A program made the translations under genes and the position numbers. 64,000 nt of DNA from a virus. Below, one piece after another: positions 28,678 through 38,784 of the stretch. The notes under the pieces are model-generated. The model was not told where the DNA came from. It searched no databases and was given only the letters and a program-made list of their open reading frames with translations. The first letter of the stretch is position 1. Each line of letters opens with the position of its first letter. The stretch lies in the IMG/VR virus record IMGVR_UViG_3300043774_001004, positions 25,842-89,841 of that record. One strand, given 5' to 3'.

Positions 28678-29279
28678 TAGTAAGTGAAAAAAATAAATAC
28701 GTGTTTATTTCTGTAATGAAATCAGGCACGCATTCAATGTATGAGTATTTAGTTAAAAATTATGGAGGCAAGCATTTTACAAGAGGTAAAATTCTAAATG
28801 CCGGAGGAAAATATCACACAAATATCATACCTAAAGAAAATCAAGATTATTATAAATTTACTCTAGTTAGAAATCCCTATAGTAGAGCCATATCAATATA
28901 CAATGTCTGTAAAAACATAGAACCATATAAAGAAGACTATGTAAATAAAATAGGACATGATTTCTTGAGCTTTTGTAAATGGCTTTCTAGTAATAATTGT
29001 AAAAAAGATCCAGGTAGAGCAGGTTTTGTTGCAAGACCGCAATCTGAATGGTTGCGCCCATGTGGCAAATTCGACAAAATTTTACATGTGGAAAATGTTG
29101 AAAGTGAACTTAAAGATCTACCTTTTATAGATAAAGATATCCCATTTCCTAATTTATTAGAGAGGACAGATAAAAGTAAATGGAAAGAATTTTATAATCA
29201 ACAGACTGCTGATCTTGTTTATAAATGGGCCCAAAGGGATTTTGAACTGTATGGCTATGATAAAGAATCTTGGAAATAA
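28674..29279 (+). CDS. Sulfotransferase (Sulfotransfer_2-like)
   Basis: FISVMKSGTHS, VRNPYSRAIS, DFELYGY. Confidence 0.8.
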   Translation: MIVSEKNKYVFISVMKSGTHSMYEYLVKNYGGKHFTRGKILNAGGKYHTNIIPKENQDYYKFTLVRNPYSRAISIYNVCKNIEPYKEDYVNKIGHDFLSFCKWLSSNNCKKDPGRAGFVARPQSEWLRPCGKFDKILHVENVESELKDLPFIDKDIPFPNLLERTDKSKWKEFYNQQTADLVYKWAQRDFELYGYDKESWK

Positions 29280-29288
29280 AATTTAGAC

Positions 29289-29957
29289 ATGGACATAAAT
29301 AGTTACTTCGACAAAATAGTCTGCATCAATCTAGAAAGAAGACAAGATAGATGGAAGGAGTCAAAAAAAGAATTTGAAAAACACGGTCTAGATGTTTTAA
29401 GAATAGATGCAGTAGACGGGAATCCAATGGGATGGACTAAAGACTCGATGTTTCCTGGTCGCCATGATGGTGCCCTCGGCTGTATTGCTAGCCATGTAAA
29501 TGTGTATAAAATGGCCAAAGAAAACGGCTGGAAAAATGTTTTGATAATCGAAGATGATTGTGAATTTATAGACAACTTAAATGAAAAATTCAAGTCATCT
29601 ATCAAGACATTACCAGAAGATTGGGACATGTTATATTTTGGAGGAACCCATAAAACAAAAAATGGTAAATTTATACCAGAGAATTTCAATCAACACTTTG
29701 TTAAAGCTAAAAGAATACTTACAACCTCGTGTTATGCTGTTAATAATACAATGTACGATATTATTCTAAATAAAGTTTTAGAAAGAGAACCCACATTTGA
29801 GACAACCATTGACGGCTACCTAGCAATATACATGCAACCTATTTGTAAAACTTATGCGTATCATCCTCCTATTGCCTGGCAAAGAGCAAGTCATAGCGAT
29901 GTACAAAACTCATTTAGAGATTATTCACATCTAAGAAAAAATAATATAAGAGACTGA
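29289..29957 (+). CDS. Glycosyltransferase family 25
   Basis: INLERRQDR, AVDG, GCIASH, LIIEDD, DMLYFG. Confidence 0.85.
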   Translation: MDINSYFDKIVCINLERRQDRWKESKKEFEKHGLDVLRIDAVDGNPMGWTKDSMFPGRHDGALGCIASHVNVYKMAKENGWKNVLIIEDDCEFIDNLNEKFKSSIKTLPEDWDMLYFGGTHKTKNGKFIPENFNQHFVKAKRILTTSCYAVNNTMYDIILNKVLEREPTFETTIDGYLAIYMQPICKTYAYHPPIAWQRASHSDVQNSFRDYSHLRKNNIRD

Positions 29958-29958
29958 T

Positions 29959-30549
29959 ATGCCTATAAGCCATAAACATAAAATAATTCTTATACATATT
30001 CCTAAAAATGCCGGAACTTCAATCGCTAATTCATTAGAAATGACGGACATGGGACATCATAAACCCCATTATTATAAAAAGAAATATCCAAAAGAATGGG
30101 CATCATACAAGAAAATAGCAATTATTAGAAATACATGGGATAGATTTGTCTCAAGTTATGAATATGCCAGAATGGAGGAAAGTTATTGGCATTCTGTTAC
30201 TGGTAAGGCTAGGTATTCAAAGCATCCTGATCTAGATTTATTAAAAAACATTGAGTTTAATAAATGTGTTATAATGTTTAAAGAACAACCAGAGCTCTTT
30301 AAGCACCAGGGGTGGCACAGCCAGTGTAGTTACATATTTGATGAAAATAACGATCTAATGGTTGACATACTGATAAATTATAAAAATCTTGAAAGCAAGA
30401 TACATGAACTCACAGGAGTAAAGATAAAAAATCAAAACAGCAGTGGCCATAAAGATTATAAATTATACTACGATTCTGATAGTATAGAAGTAATCTCTGA
30501 GGTTTACAAAAGAGATATAAAATTATTAGGTTTTACATATGAAGACTAA
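29959..30549 (+). CDS. Sulfotransferase (Sulfotransfer_2-like)
   Basis: IHIPKNAGTS, IRNTWDRFVSSY, DIKLLGF. Confidence 0.85.
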   Translation: MPISHKHKIILIHIPKNAGTSIANSLEMTDMGHHKPHYYKKKYPKEWASYKKIAIIRNTWDRFVSSYEYARMEESYWHSVTGKARYSKHPDLDLLKNIEFNKCVIMFKEQPELFKHQGWHSQCSYIFDENNDLMVDILINYKNLESKIHELTGVKIKNQNSSGHKDYKLYYDSDSIEVISEVYKRDIKLLGFTYED

Positions 30550-31081
30550 AAAAATGTTGAAGACGAATAACTGGTTTAACTATCAGGATTTCTATGAGAG
30601 TATGGCATCTATTAAAAAATATAAAACATATGTCGAACTAGGTGTATGGAAAGGCCACTCTGTTAGCTATCTAGCATCTAAGCTCAAAGGTCGTAATGTC
30701 AAAATATATGCTGTAGATATTTTCGAAGACTGGGATAAAAATAAAAAGGTATTAGACGAGGTTAAATATGTCACAGAGCTTTATAACGAAAATCTAATAA
30801 ACGAAGGTGTCAGAAATATGATAACAGATATTAGATCTATTTCCTGGGAAGCAGCAGATAATTTTAAAGAAGGTGAAGTTGATTTTGTATTCATCGATGC
30901 AGATCATACATATAATTCCGTCATAAAGGATATCAAAGCGTGGTTGCCTAAAATAAAAAAGGGCGGTATAATAAGCGGTCATGATTATTTTACATCACCT
31001 GGTGTAAAGTCTGCAGTAGATGAATTATTAGGTAAAGTAGAAAGTGATAGAAAACAAAACATCTGGTATAAAAAAGTATAA
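30539..31081 (+). CDS. Class I SAM methyltransferase (Methyltransf_24-like)
   Basis: VELGVWKGHS, FVFIDADH, GGIISGHDY. Confidence 0.85.
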   Translation: MKTKKMLKTNNWFNYQDFYESMASIKKYKTYVELGVWKGHSVSYLASKLKGRNVKIYAVDIFEDWDKNKKVLDEVKYVTELYNENLINEGVRNMITDIRSISWEAADNFKEGEVDFVFIDADHTYNSVIKDIKAWLPKIKKGGIISGHDYFTSPGVKSAVDELLGKVESDRKQNIWYKKV

Positions 31082-31082
31082 C

Positions 31083-31955
31083 ATGGCATATATTACACCA
31101 AAATTAGTAAAATTCGGAGAAAGCAAGAATCTGCGTAGTTCTATAGGTCATGCCATGTATAATTACATAACAGCTTTGATAATAGCCCATAAATTTAATC
31201 TAAATTTTATACATCAACCTTTCACACATGATACAGAAAGGTTTGAAAGGGTGCTAGGATTGTGTAATAAATTTCCAAAAATAAAATCAGTTAAGAATCC
31301 GGAATTTGTAAAAATAGAAAGAGTAGATTTTGGCCATATATCTAAAATACCTGAAAAAGAGTTAAATGCGAAGTTAGAAGGAATAGGTAAAATCGTAAAG
31401 AAGGGTAAACCCAACACGGTTTTTATAATGGGCGATAGTCGACAATTTCCAGGTAATCTTATAAAAGAATCTGAATTTTTAGTAAAATACATTTCTGATG
31501 CATACTGGTCTGTTAACTCTAGAAAAAATAGTTTTTACGATAAGTCTTTTACTAATATCGCCATACACATAAGAAGAGGTGATATAGTAAATGATCCTAC
31601 ACATCCAACATATGGTAGATGGAAAGACAATAGCCATTATCTACAGATAGTAAAAGACATCAATAACGTAATACCTAATGCTAAATTTTACATTTTCTCA
31701 GAGGGCATACCAGAGGATTTCAGCGAGTTTAAAGAATTTAATAACCTTGATTTAGTACTAAATGGTAGTGATATCAATGCTTTCTATAATCTTGCAACAG
31801 CAGACGTACTAGTTACAGGTCAGAGTACATTTTCAACAATTCTTGCGTATATCAATCCAAATAAAGTTATTTATACACCGTGTTTATCTTTTACCATGTT
31901 TGAGAATTATAGTAAGCGTTTTATACACTACGAAAAAATACTTGATGAATTATAA
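31083..31955 (+). CDS. GT11-like (fucosyltransferase-like) glycosyltransferase
   Basis: IAIHIRRGD, STFS motifs. Confidence 0.7.
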   Translation: MAYITPKLVKFGESKNLRSSIGHAMYNYITALIIAHKFNLNFIHQPFTHDTERFERVLGLCNKFPKIKSVKNPEFVKIERVDFGHISKIPEKELNAKLEGIGKIVKKGKPNTVFIMGDSRQFPGNLIKESEFLVKYISDAYWSVNSRKNSFYDKSFTNIAIHIRRGDIVNDPTHPTYGRWKDNSHYLQIVKDINNVIPNAKFYIFSEGIPEDFSEFKEFNNLDLVLNGSDINAFYNLATADVLVTGQSTFSTILAYINPNKVIYTPCLSFTMFENYSKRFIHYEKILDEL

Positions 31956-32805
31956 AATTTATATAACTAGTAATTGGGGTTTAGATCATGAAAAATTCAT
32001 GAATTATCTAAAGAAACAAACACCCGGTAATAAAGGTGTATGGGATAATATTGAATTGACATATAAAATGGAAGACGCTGATTTTATCGTTGTTCAAGAT
32101 GATTCAGACCAAGGGATAATAGATTTTAAGAAAGTTATTTTTTTCGGCCGTGAACCCAAGCATATTAAATATCGATGCTGGGATAAAGAAAAATGTTTTA
32201 AGGTTTTTCATCATGAAAATAGCAACAGTTGGTTACCACAAACATGGTGGATAGGTTTAATTTATGATGACCTAATCAATCTTAAATACATGAAAACTAG
32301 GAATCTGAGTATAATAGATTCTGGTAAAAAGCAAAGAGGTGGTCATATAACGAGATTTAATTTTATCAACAGTCTTATTAAAAAATATCCTAACGAGTTC
32401 GACGTTTTCGGTAAAATCAATGGCTTAATTTTACCAGAAAGAGATAAGAGTAAAGCCCTACTAGATTATAGGTATAGCTTATCAATTGAAAATGGCAGGA
32501 CAGATTATTATTTTTCGGAGAAATTCGTAGATCCTATTTTGTGCTTGACTATGCCTATCTACTATGGGTGTAAGAAAATCGATAAATTTTTTCCTAAAGG
32601 TTCATACTATAACATTGATATTACCAAGAAAGGCGCAGAACAAGAGATCTATGAGCTTATAAATAGTGACTATGCTCAAGAGAACCTAGAGCAATTGCTT
32701 GAAGCTAGGGATCTTGTGCTCAACAAATATAATATATGGCCTACTATTAAAATGGCAATAGAAGATAAACGTAATAATCTATTAGAGTCAGATAAAATAC
32801 TGTAA
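31945..32805 (+). CDS. GT10-like fucosyltransferase
   Basis: YRYSLSIEN..YFSEK..PIYYG. Confidence 0.8.
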   Translation: MNYKIYITSNWGLDHEKFMNYLKKQTPGNKGVWDNIELTYKMEDADFIVVQDDSDQGIIDFKKVIFFGREPKHIKYRCWDKEKCFKVFHHENSNSWLPQTWWIGLIYDDLINLKYMKTRNLSIIDSGKKQRGGHITRFNFINSLIKKYPNEFDVFGKINGLILPERDKSKALLDYRYSLSIENGRTDYYFSEKFVDPILCLTMPIYYGCKKIDKFFPKGSYYNIDITKKGAEQEIYELINSDYAQENLEQLLEARDLVLNKYNIWPTIKMAIEDKRNNLLESDKIL

Positions 32806-32828
32806 ATATATAAACTATAAGATTAAAA

Positions 32829-33239
32829 ATGGAAAAAATATATTCAAAAGTAAACCCTGATCTGTTATTACATATTATTGTTAGAGAAGATGATATTGAA
32901 CCAGGCAGGGTTGATTTAATATCTGATGAGCATTTTATCCAATGCTCTATGTTACAACTTGATAACGGTAAAACATTTAAACCCCATAAACACATCTGGA
33001 AAGAAAGAAACAGAAATGTGATTGCACAAGAAAGCTGGCATGTTATAAAAGGAAAGGTGAAATGTATTTTCTATGATATCGATGATAATGTAATAGCAGA
33101 ACCTATCTTAAATACAGGTGATACTTCTTTTACACTTCTCGGAGGTCATAATTATTTGATACTAGAAGACGGGACAAAGGTTTTAGAATATAAAACAGGT
33201 CCGTACGAGGGCCAGGAAAACGATAAAACATTCATATGA
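32829..33239 (+). CDS. Cupin (WbuC-like)
   Basis: PHKH, QESWHVIKG, GGH, EYKTGPY. Confidence 0.7.
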   Translation: MEKIYSKVNPDLLLHIIVREDDIEPGRVDLISDEHFIQCSMLQLDNGKTFKPHKHIWKERNRNVIAQESWHVIKGKVKCIFYDIDDNVIAEPILNTGDTSFTLLGGHNYLILEDGTKVLEYKTGPYEGQENDKTFI

Positions 33240-33790
33240 TACAAGAAAAAATTAAATTGCATCTAGGCTGCGGTTGGAGAAATTTTGGCAAAGACTGGAT
33301 TCATATAGATGACGGTGATTATTCACACTTAGATATAAAATGTGATGTTTCAAAACTAGATTTACCAGATAACTATGCTGATCTGATATATGCATCACAC
33401 GTTATAGCATATTTTGATAGAACTGAAATTATAGATGTGCTTAAAGAATGGTATAGAGTTTTGAAGCCAGGTGGAACTTTAAGAATTGGCACACCTGATT
33501 TTGAAGCAATGTCTAGATTATATTCCAAGGGCGATATAAAATTAGAACAGATCTTAGGGCCAATGTATGGCAAAATGCCCATGGATAAAATTACAATATA
33601 CCATAAGACTGTTTACGATTTCAATTCACTTTCAGAGCTAGCTTACAATTGTGGCTTTACAGATATTAAAATCTATAAATGGGAAGATACAGAACATTCT
33701 AAACACGATGACCATTCGCAAGCATATATCCCACATATGGATAAAGAAAACGGAACCCTAATTAGTCTTAATGTTGAAATAACAAAGTAG
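33236..33790 (+). CDS. Class I SAM methyltransferase (type 11-like)
   Basis: LHLGCG, YASHV, RVLKPGG. Confidence 0.85.
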   Translation: MIQEKIKLHLGCGWRNFGKDWIHIDDGDYSHLDIKCDVSKLDLPDNYADLIYASHVIAYFDRTEIIDVLKEWYRVLKPGGTLRIGTPDFEAMSRLYSKGDIKLEQILGPMYGKMPMDKITIYHKTVYDFNSLSELAYNCGFTDIKIYKWEDTEHSKHDDHSQAYIPHMDKENGTLISLNVEITK

Positions 33791-33791
33791 T

Positions 33792-34583
33792 ATGGATCAG
33801 AATCTAAAAAGATCATTTAATATCTGTTTTGACACTGTCCAAAGAAATACAGATGTTGTGAGAGATTATTACTCAAAGGAAGAATTAACAGACAGGGAAA
33901 AACTCTGGGATAAATTATGTCCAGCATATTACATTATAGGTATAGAAAAAAATAAAAAATTCTTCAATGAAGAGGCAAAGAGATTAGGTTTTTATAATCT
34001 GCTTACACATATAATACCTAAAGAAAAGGCTTTAATCGGCAATATTTTTTCAAGAAATAAAGACATGGGCCGATTTGAGGCTTGGGTAAAAAATGTAGGT
34101 AAAAATCAGGCTAAAGTTTTAGGTTGCCATTTTTCACACGTTATCGCCGCCATGGATATGGTTAAAAACAACTATACACATGCTATGGTTTTTGAAGATG
34201 ATTGTAAATTTAAGTATGAACTTTCGGATTCTTTTCTATGTAAATTCTCAGACTATATAAATGAAAATATAGAGAAGATGCCATATCTAAACCTGGGAGC
34301 ACCACATACTGAAAGCATAGATATTGAAGACTTTAAAATAGTTCAAAGACATTCTCCTTTTACACAATCATATATCATAAATTTAGAGACAGCAAAGAAA
34401 TTAGTAGATAGTGTAAATCTAAAAATAGAAAAACCAGAATCAATAACAGGACTCTACAATAAGGAACAATTCTACAGAGGAGGAGCCGATGATTTTTTCA
34501 TGGGTTATATTAAGTCATATGTTTTTAATCCTGCTATGACATATCAACAGTTCATAGGAACAAATATACAAAGAAACACATAA
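33792..34583 (+). CDS. GT25-like glycosyltransferase
   Basis: GCHFSH, MVFEDD, SYIIN..AKKL. Confidence 0.65.
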   Translation: MDQNLKRSFNICFDTVQRNTDVVRDYYSKEELTDREKLWDKLCPAYYIIGIEKNKKFFNEEAKRLGFYNLLTHIIPKEKALIGNIFSRNKDMGRFEAWVKNVGKNQAKVLGCHFSHVIAAMDMVKNNYTHAMVFEDDCKFKYELSDSFLCKFSDYINENIEKMPYLNLGAPHTESIDIEDFKIVQRHSPFTQSYIINLETAKKLVDSVNLKIEKPESITGLYNKEQFYRGGADDFFMGYIKSYVFNPAMTYQQFIGTNIQRNT

Positions 34584-34597
34584 ATAATTAAATAAAA

Positions 34598-35155
34598 ATG
34601 AAAATTAACAATTTTTTAGACACTGACAACTGGTTTAACTATTCTGGCTTTTATGATTTTGTATCTAAGCAAAATTTTGAAAAGCTAGTAGAAGTAGGCG
34701 TTTGGAAAGGTCATTCAATATCTTATCTTGCCGATAAAAATAGAAATAGTAAAATATGGGCTGTAGATTTGTTTGAAGAAACAGACGATGTTTATTATCA
34801 AAAACCTCATCTAAAGGATCAATTACCTCACATATATGAAATTTATAATGCTAATCTTATAAATAAAAATGTTAGAGATATTGTACAGGATATAAAGGGT
34901 GATTCTTTCGAATCTGCTAAACATTTTGAAGACAATTCTATAGATTTTGTTTTCATAGATGCTAGCCATGAATACGACAGGGTAAAAAAGGACATAGCAG
35001 CCTGGTATGATAAGGTAAAAGAAGGTGGTATGATCTCTGGTCATGACTATGGTTCATTTCCAGGTGTGAAAAAAGCTGTAGATGAGTTAGTAAATGACAA
35101 AAAATTAAAATTAAATACTGCGCCAGGTTGCGTATGGTATTGCTATAAAAAATAA
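34598..35155 (+). CDS. Class I SAM methyltransferase (paralog of 30539)
   Basis: NWFNY, VEVGVWKGHS, FIDASH, GGMISGHDY. Confidence 0.85.
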   Translation: MKINNFLDTDNWFNYSGFYDFVSKQNFEKLVEVGVWKGHSISYLADKNRNSKIWAVDLFEETDDVYYQKPHLKDQLPHIYEIYNANLINKNVRDIVQDIKGDSFESAKHFEDNSIDFVFIDASHEYDRVKKDIAAWYDKVKEGGMISGHDYGSFPGVKKAVDELVNDKKLKLNTAPGCVWYCYKK

Positions 35156-35161
35156 ATTACT

Positions 35162-35731
35162 ATGTTTGACATTTTAGAAAACGGGATCTTCAATAGCGGA
35201 GATCAAAATAAAATAAAGCACTATAATGATCAGGGTGTAATGAGATCATTAAAAGATGTTCTTAAGTCAGAAAATATAAAAACCGTATGTGACTTAGGTT
35301 GTGGCAATGCCTTTTACGTTAAAAATCTAATAGACATAGGTTATCAATGTGAAGCATATGATGGAAACCCATTTACCCCAAAGCTAACAAATGGCATAGG
35401 TAAAGTTTTAGATATATCTGTACCTGTAGATTTACAAAAGAAATTCGACTGTGTCATAAGTTTAGAAGTAGGTGAACACATACCTAAAAAATCAGAAAGC
35501 ATTTTTCTAGATAATCTAGTGTCACATTCATTGAAGTATGTAATTTTAAGCTGGGCTATACCAGGGCAAGGTGGCGATGCCCATGTAAATGAGCAAAACA
35601 ATGATTACGTTATTTCAAAAATGTCTGAAATTGGTTTTTCTATTATGGAAGACCACACTTTAAAAATGAGACAAAGTGCTGATAAATGGTATTTCAAAAA
35701 TACAATAATGGTTTTTAAGAAAAATGATTGA
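35162..35731 (+). CDS. Class I SAM methyltransferase
   Basis: DLGCGNA, SLEVGEHI, WAIPGQGG. Confidence 0.85.
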   Translation: MFDILENGIFNSGDQNKIKHYNDQGVMRSLKDVLKSENIKTVCDLGCGNAFYVKNLIDIGYQCEAYDGNPFTPKLTNGIGKVLDISVPVDLQKKFDCVISLEVGEHIPKKSESIFLDNLVSHSLKYVILSWAIPGQGGDAHVNEQNNDYVISKMSEIGFSIMEDHTLKMRQSADKWYFKNTIMVFKKND

Positions 35732-36326
35732 TTTTAGCACAATAGAAGAGTTTGAAAAAAAGGTCTCTGGCTTTTTTGGCTCGCCATATGGCATAGCAGT
35801 TGATAGTTGTACACATGGGATAGAACTGTGTTTGAGATATACAGATACTAAAAAGATAAATGTACCCAAAAACACTTACCTGTCTGTTCCGTTTTTAGCT
35901 GAAAAATTAAATATAGAAAGAATATGGAGGGATGAAAACTGGGAAGATTATTATACTTTAAATTATGATAACCCTAGAATTATTGATGCTGCAGTTCTTT
36001 GGAGAAGAAACTCATATATTCCGGACACATTCATGTGTTTAAGCTTTCAGTACCAGAAGCATTTATCATTAGGTAGAGGTGGAATGATTTTAACTGATAA
36101 TGCCGAAGCTGCTGTACAGTTAAAGAAAATGTCATATGATGGGCGATTACCAAATATACCATGGAGGGATCAAAACATTGAAACAATAGGATATCATTAT
36201 TACATGACGCCTGAGACGGCTAAATTGGGTTTAGAAAAATTACCTAACGCAATTATTTCAGAGCCAAAGAAATGGACCGTAAATGACTGGCCTGATTTGA
36301 CAAAAATGGATGTATTTCAAAAATAA
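35724..36326 (+). CDS. Short DegT/DnrJ/EryC1/StrS PLP-dependent sugar aminotransferase
   Basis: AVDSCT, IIDAA, SFQYQKHL..GRGGMILTD; only 200 aa. Confidence 0.75.
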   Translation: MIDFSTIEEFEKKVSGFFGSPYGIAVDSCTHGIELCLRYTDTKKINVPKNTYLSVPFLAEKLNIERIWRDENWEDYYTLNYDNPRIIDAAVLWRRNSYIPDTFMCLSFQYQKHLSLGRGGMILTDNAEAAVQLKKMSYDGRLPNIPWRDQNIETIGYHYYMTPETAKLGLEKLPNAIISEPKKWTVNDWPDLTKMDVFQK

Positions 36327-36334
36327 AATAAAAC

Positions 36335-37327
36335 ATGAAAAAAGCATTTATAACAGGCGTTGCAGGCCAGGATGGATCTTATCTTTCTGAATACTTACTT
36401 GAATTAGGTTATGAAGTGCATGGGATGGTCAGAAGATCCTCTACAGTCGAGAACCAATCTGCTAGGTTATTAGGAGTTGAAACAAATCCTAATTTCCATA
36501 CCCATTATGGCGATCTCCTGGATCAAACTTCAATTGAAAAATTATTAACTGAAATTAAACCGGATGAGATTTATAACTTAGCAGCACAGAGCCATGTTAG
36601 AATCAGTTTTGATATTCCGCAGTTTACTATACAAAGTAATGCTATCGGCGTAATAAATTTACTAGAAGCTTATAAAAGAATTGTGCCAAATGCAAAGTTT
36701 TATCAAGCAAGTTCAAGTGAAATGTTCGGTCTTTCTGTAGATGAAGACAATTTTCAAAGGGAAAGCACTCTGATGAATCCTGTTTCACCATACGGATGCA
36801 GTAAAGTATTCGGTTATAATATAGTTAGACATTATAGAAGAGCATATGGCTTACATGCTACCAATGGCATACTTTTTAATCATGAATCTCCTAGGAGAGG
36901 TTCTAATTTTGTGACTAATAAGGTTGTAAAAGCAGCATGTTCTATAAAATTAGGTCTTGAAGATAAATTAGAAATGGGCAATATGGATTCTTATCGCGAC
37001 TGGGGTCATTCTAAGGATTATGTTAAAGCTATGCATGCAATTACTAATCATGCTGAGGCTGATGATTTTGTTGTATCTACTATGGAGACACACAGTGTGC
37101 GAGAAATGTGTGATGTCGTTTTTAGTTATTTAGGTCTAGACTACAGGGACTATGTAACACAGAATCCTAAGTATTTAAGACCCGAAGAATTACCATATCT
37201 AAAAGGCGATTCAAGTAAAGCCAGAGAAATACTTGGATGGAAACCAACTTACACATTTGAGTCAATGTTACATGAAATGTGTGACCACTGGTTAGACGTA
37301 TTACAGGGAATAAAATCAACAAGATAA
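36335..37327 (+). CDS. gmd: GDP-mannose 4,6-dehydratase
   Basis: ITGVAGQDGSYL, LAAQSHV, QASSSEMFG, SPYGCSK, FNHESPRRG, RDWG. Confidence 0.95.
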   Translation: MKKAFITGVAGQDGSYLSEYLLELGYEVHGMVRRSSTVENQSARLLGVETNPNFHTHYGDLLDQTSIEKLLTEIKPDEIYNLAAQSHVRISFDIPQFTIQSNAIGVINLLEAYKRIVPNAKFYQASSSEMFGLSVDEDNFQRESTLMNPVSPYGCSKVFGYNIVRHYRRAYGLHATNGILFNHESPRRGSNFVTNKVVKAACSIKLGLEDKLEMGNMDSYRDWGHSKDYVKAMHAITNHAEADDFVVSTMETHSVREMCDVVFSYLGLDYRDYVTQNPKYLRPEELPYLKGDSSKAREILGWKPTYTFESMLHEMCDHWLDVLQGIKSTR

Positions 37328-37328
37328 A

Positions 37329-37928
37329 ATGGATTACAATGTTTTTTCTATACTTAAAGCCGAGTCTGATGCTATACTTAATATACCATTAGATAATCCC
37401 TATGAGGAGGCAATTGATCTTATACAAAATAGAGTTCACTTCAATAATGGTAAACTCATTTGTTCAGGCATGGGTAAAGCTGGGCAGATTGCCCTAAACA
37501 TGGCCACTACTTTTAGTTCAACTGGAACCTGTGCAGTATATCTCCATCCAAGTGAAGCACAACATGGTGACCTAGGTATACTTAGAGATAATGATGTACT
37601 TCTCTTAATTTCAAATTCAGGTAAGACCAGAGAAATTGTTGAGCTTATTACTCTGGCCAAAAATTTACATCCAAAAATTCCTATTATTTGTATTACAAAA
37701 GATCCAGATAGCCCATTGGCTAAAGGTTCTAATCTTGTTTTACATACTGGGTTTACAAAGGAGATCTGTCCATTGGGTCTTACGCCAACTGTATCTACTA
37801 CAGTTATGACCGTCATTGGTGATATACTTGTTACACTTATGATGGAACGTATACAATTCACAAAAGAAGATTATGCACTCAGACACCACTCAGGGTATCT
37901 TAATTTAAAGGCAAGAGGTCTAGTATAA
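37329..37928 (+). CDS. kdsD: Arabinose-5-phosphate isomerase (SIS domain only, no CBS)
   Basis: GMGKAG, HPSEAQHGDLG, SNSGKT, CPLGLTPT. Confidence 0.85.
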   Translation: MDYNVFSILKAESDAILNIPLDNPYEEAIDLIQNRVHFNNGKLICSGMGKAGQIALNMATTFSSTGTCAVYLHPSEAQHGDLGILRDNDVLLLISNSGKTREIVELITLAKNLHPKIPIICITKDPDSPLAKGSNLVLHTGFTKEICPLGLTPTVSTTVMTVIGDILVTLMMERIQFTKEDYALRHHSGYLNLKARGLV

Positions 37929-37976
37929 AGGCACCAATCTAGTTAAAGCACGAGATATATAAAAATAAAAATTACC

Positions 37977-38651
37977 GTGTTTTCAATCTATTATTTAACA
38001 ACGGATGGCGAAGGTATTAAGTATATCGGATTAACTAAAAGAGAATTGTCGATAAGATTAAATGCACACATCAGTAAAGCTTTCAGAAGAAAAAAGCTAA
38101 ATAGAGCCCAGTCTTGGATAAAATCGAGGATTAAAATCGGCAAAAATATCCAAATAGTTAAAATAGAATCAGATATTAAAACAATTGAAGAGGCAAATGA
38201 ACGTGAAAAATATTGGATAAAGCACTATAAAAACACTGGAAATGATTTACTAAATAGCACAGAAGGTGGCGATTCAATAAAATCTTATTGGGACGGGCGT
38301 AAACAAACAAGAGAACATTCTGAAAAAATACGCGAAGCATTAACCGGTCGAAAACTGTCTGATAAGCATAAAGAAACAATGCGAAAAAACAGAATCGAAA
38401 AGATGGTAGGAAATAAAGAAGTTTTGTGTTTTAACCAACAAGGCGTTTTTTATAAAAAATTCAAATCATGCGGTAGAGCAGCTTCTGAATTAAAGATAGG
38501 AAGATCTTCTGTAATTAAATGTGCAAATGGCAATAAAAGGAGTTCTGGTGGTTACTTATTTAGATACATGTCTGAATTTGAAACTATTCCTGAGTTTATT
38601 GAAGTTCCAAAAAGAAATAATACACAACATATTGAAAGAGGAGAATCCTGA
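37977..38651 (+). mobile_element. Free-standing GIY-YIG homing endonuclease with NUMOD-type repeats
   Basis: SIYYL..KYIGLT..RLNAH, EKYWI, NSTEGG, HSEKIREALTGRK, SGGYLFRY. Confidence 0.8.
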
Positions 38652-38784
38652 TTTTTACATAGAGAATGGCAAGTATATTATGACAGAATCTCTACATCTG
38701 AAAAGAGGTTTCTGCTGTGGAAACAAATGCAGACACTGTCCATATATCCCACTATACCAAAGGGGTAATACTAAAACAAAATGA
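38632..38784 (+). CDS. Small Cys-rich protein (DUF5522-like)
   Basis: FYIENG..HLKRGFCCGNKCRHCPY; TTG start inferred. Confidence 0.65.
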   Translation: MKEENPDFYIENGKYIMTESLHLKRGFCCGNKCRHCPYIPLYQRGNTKTK

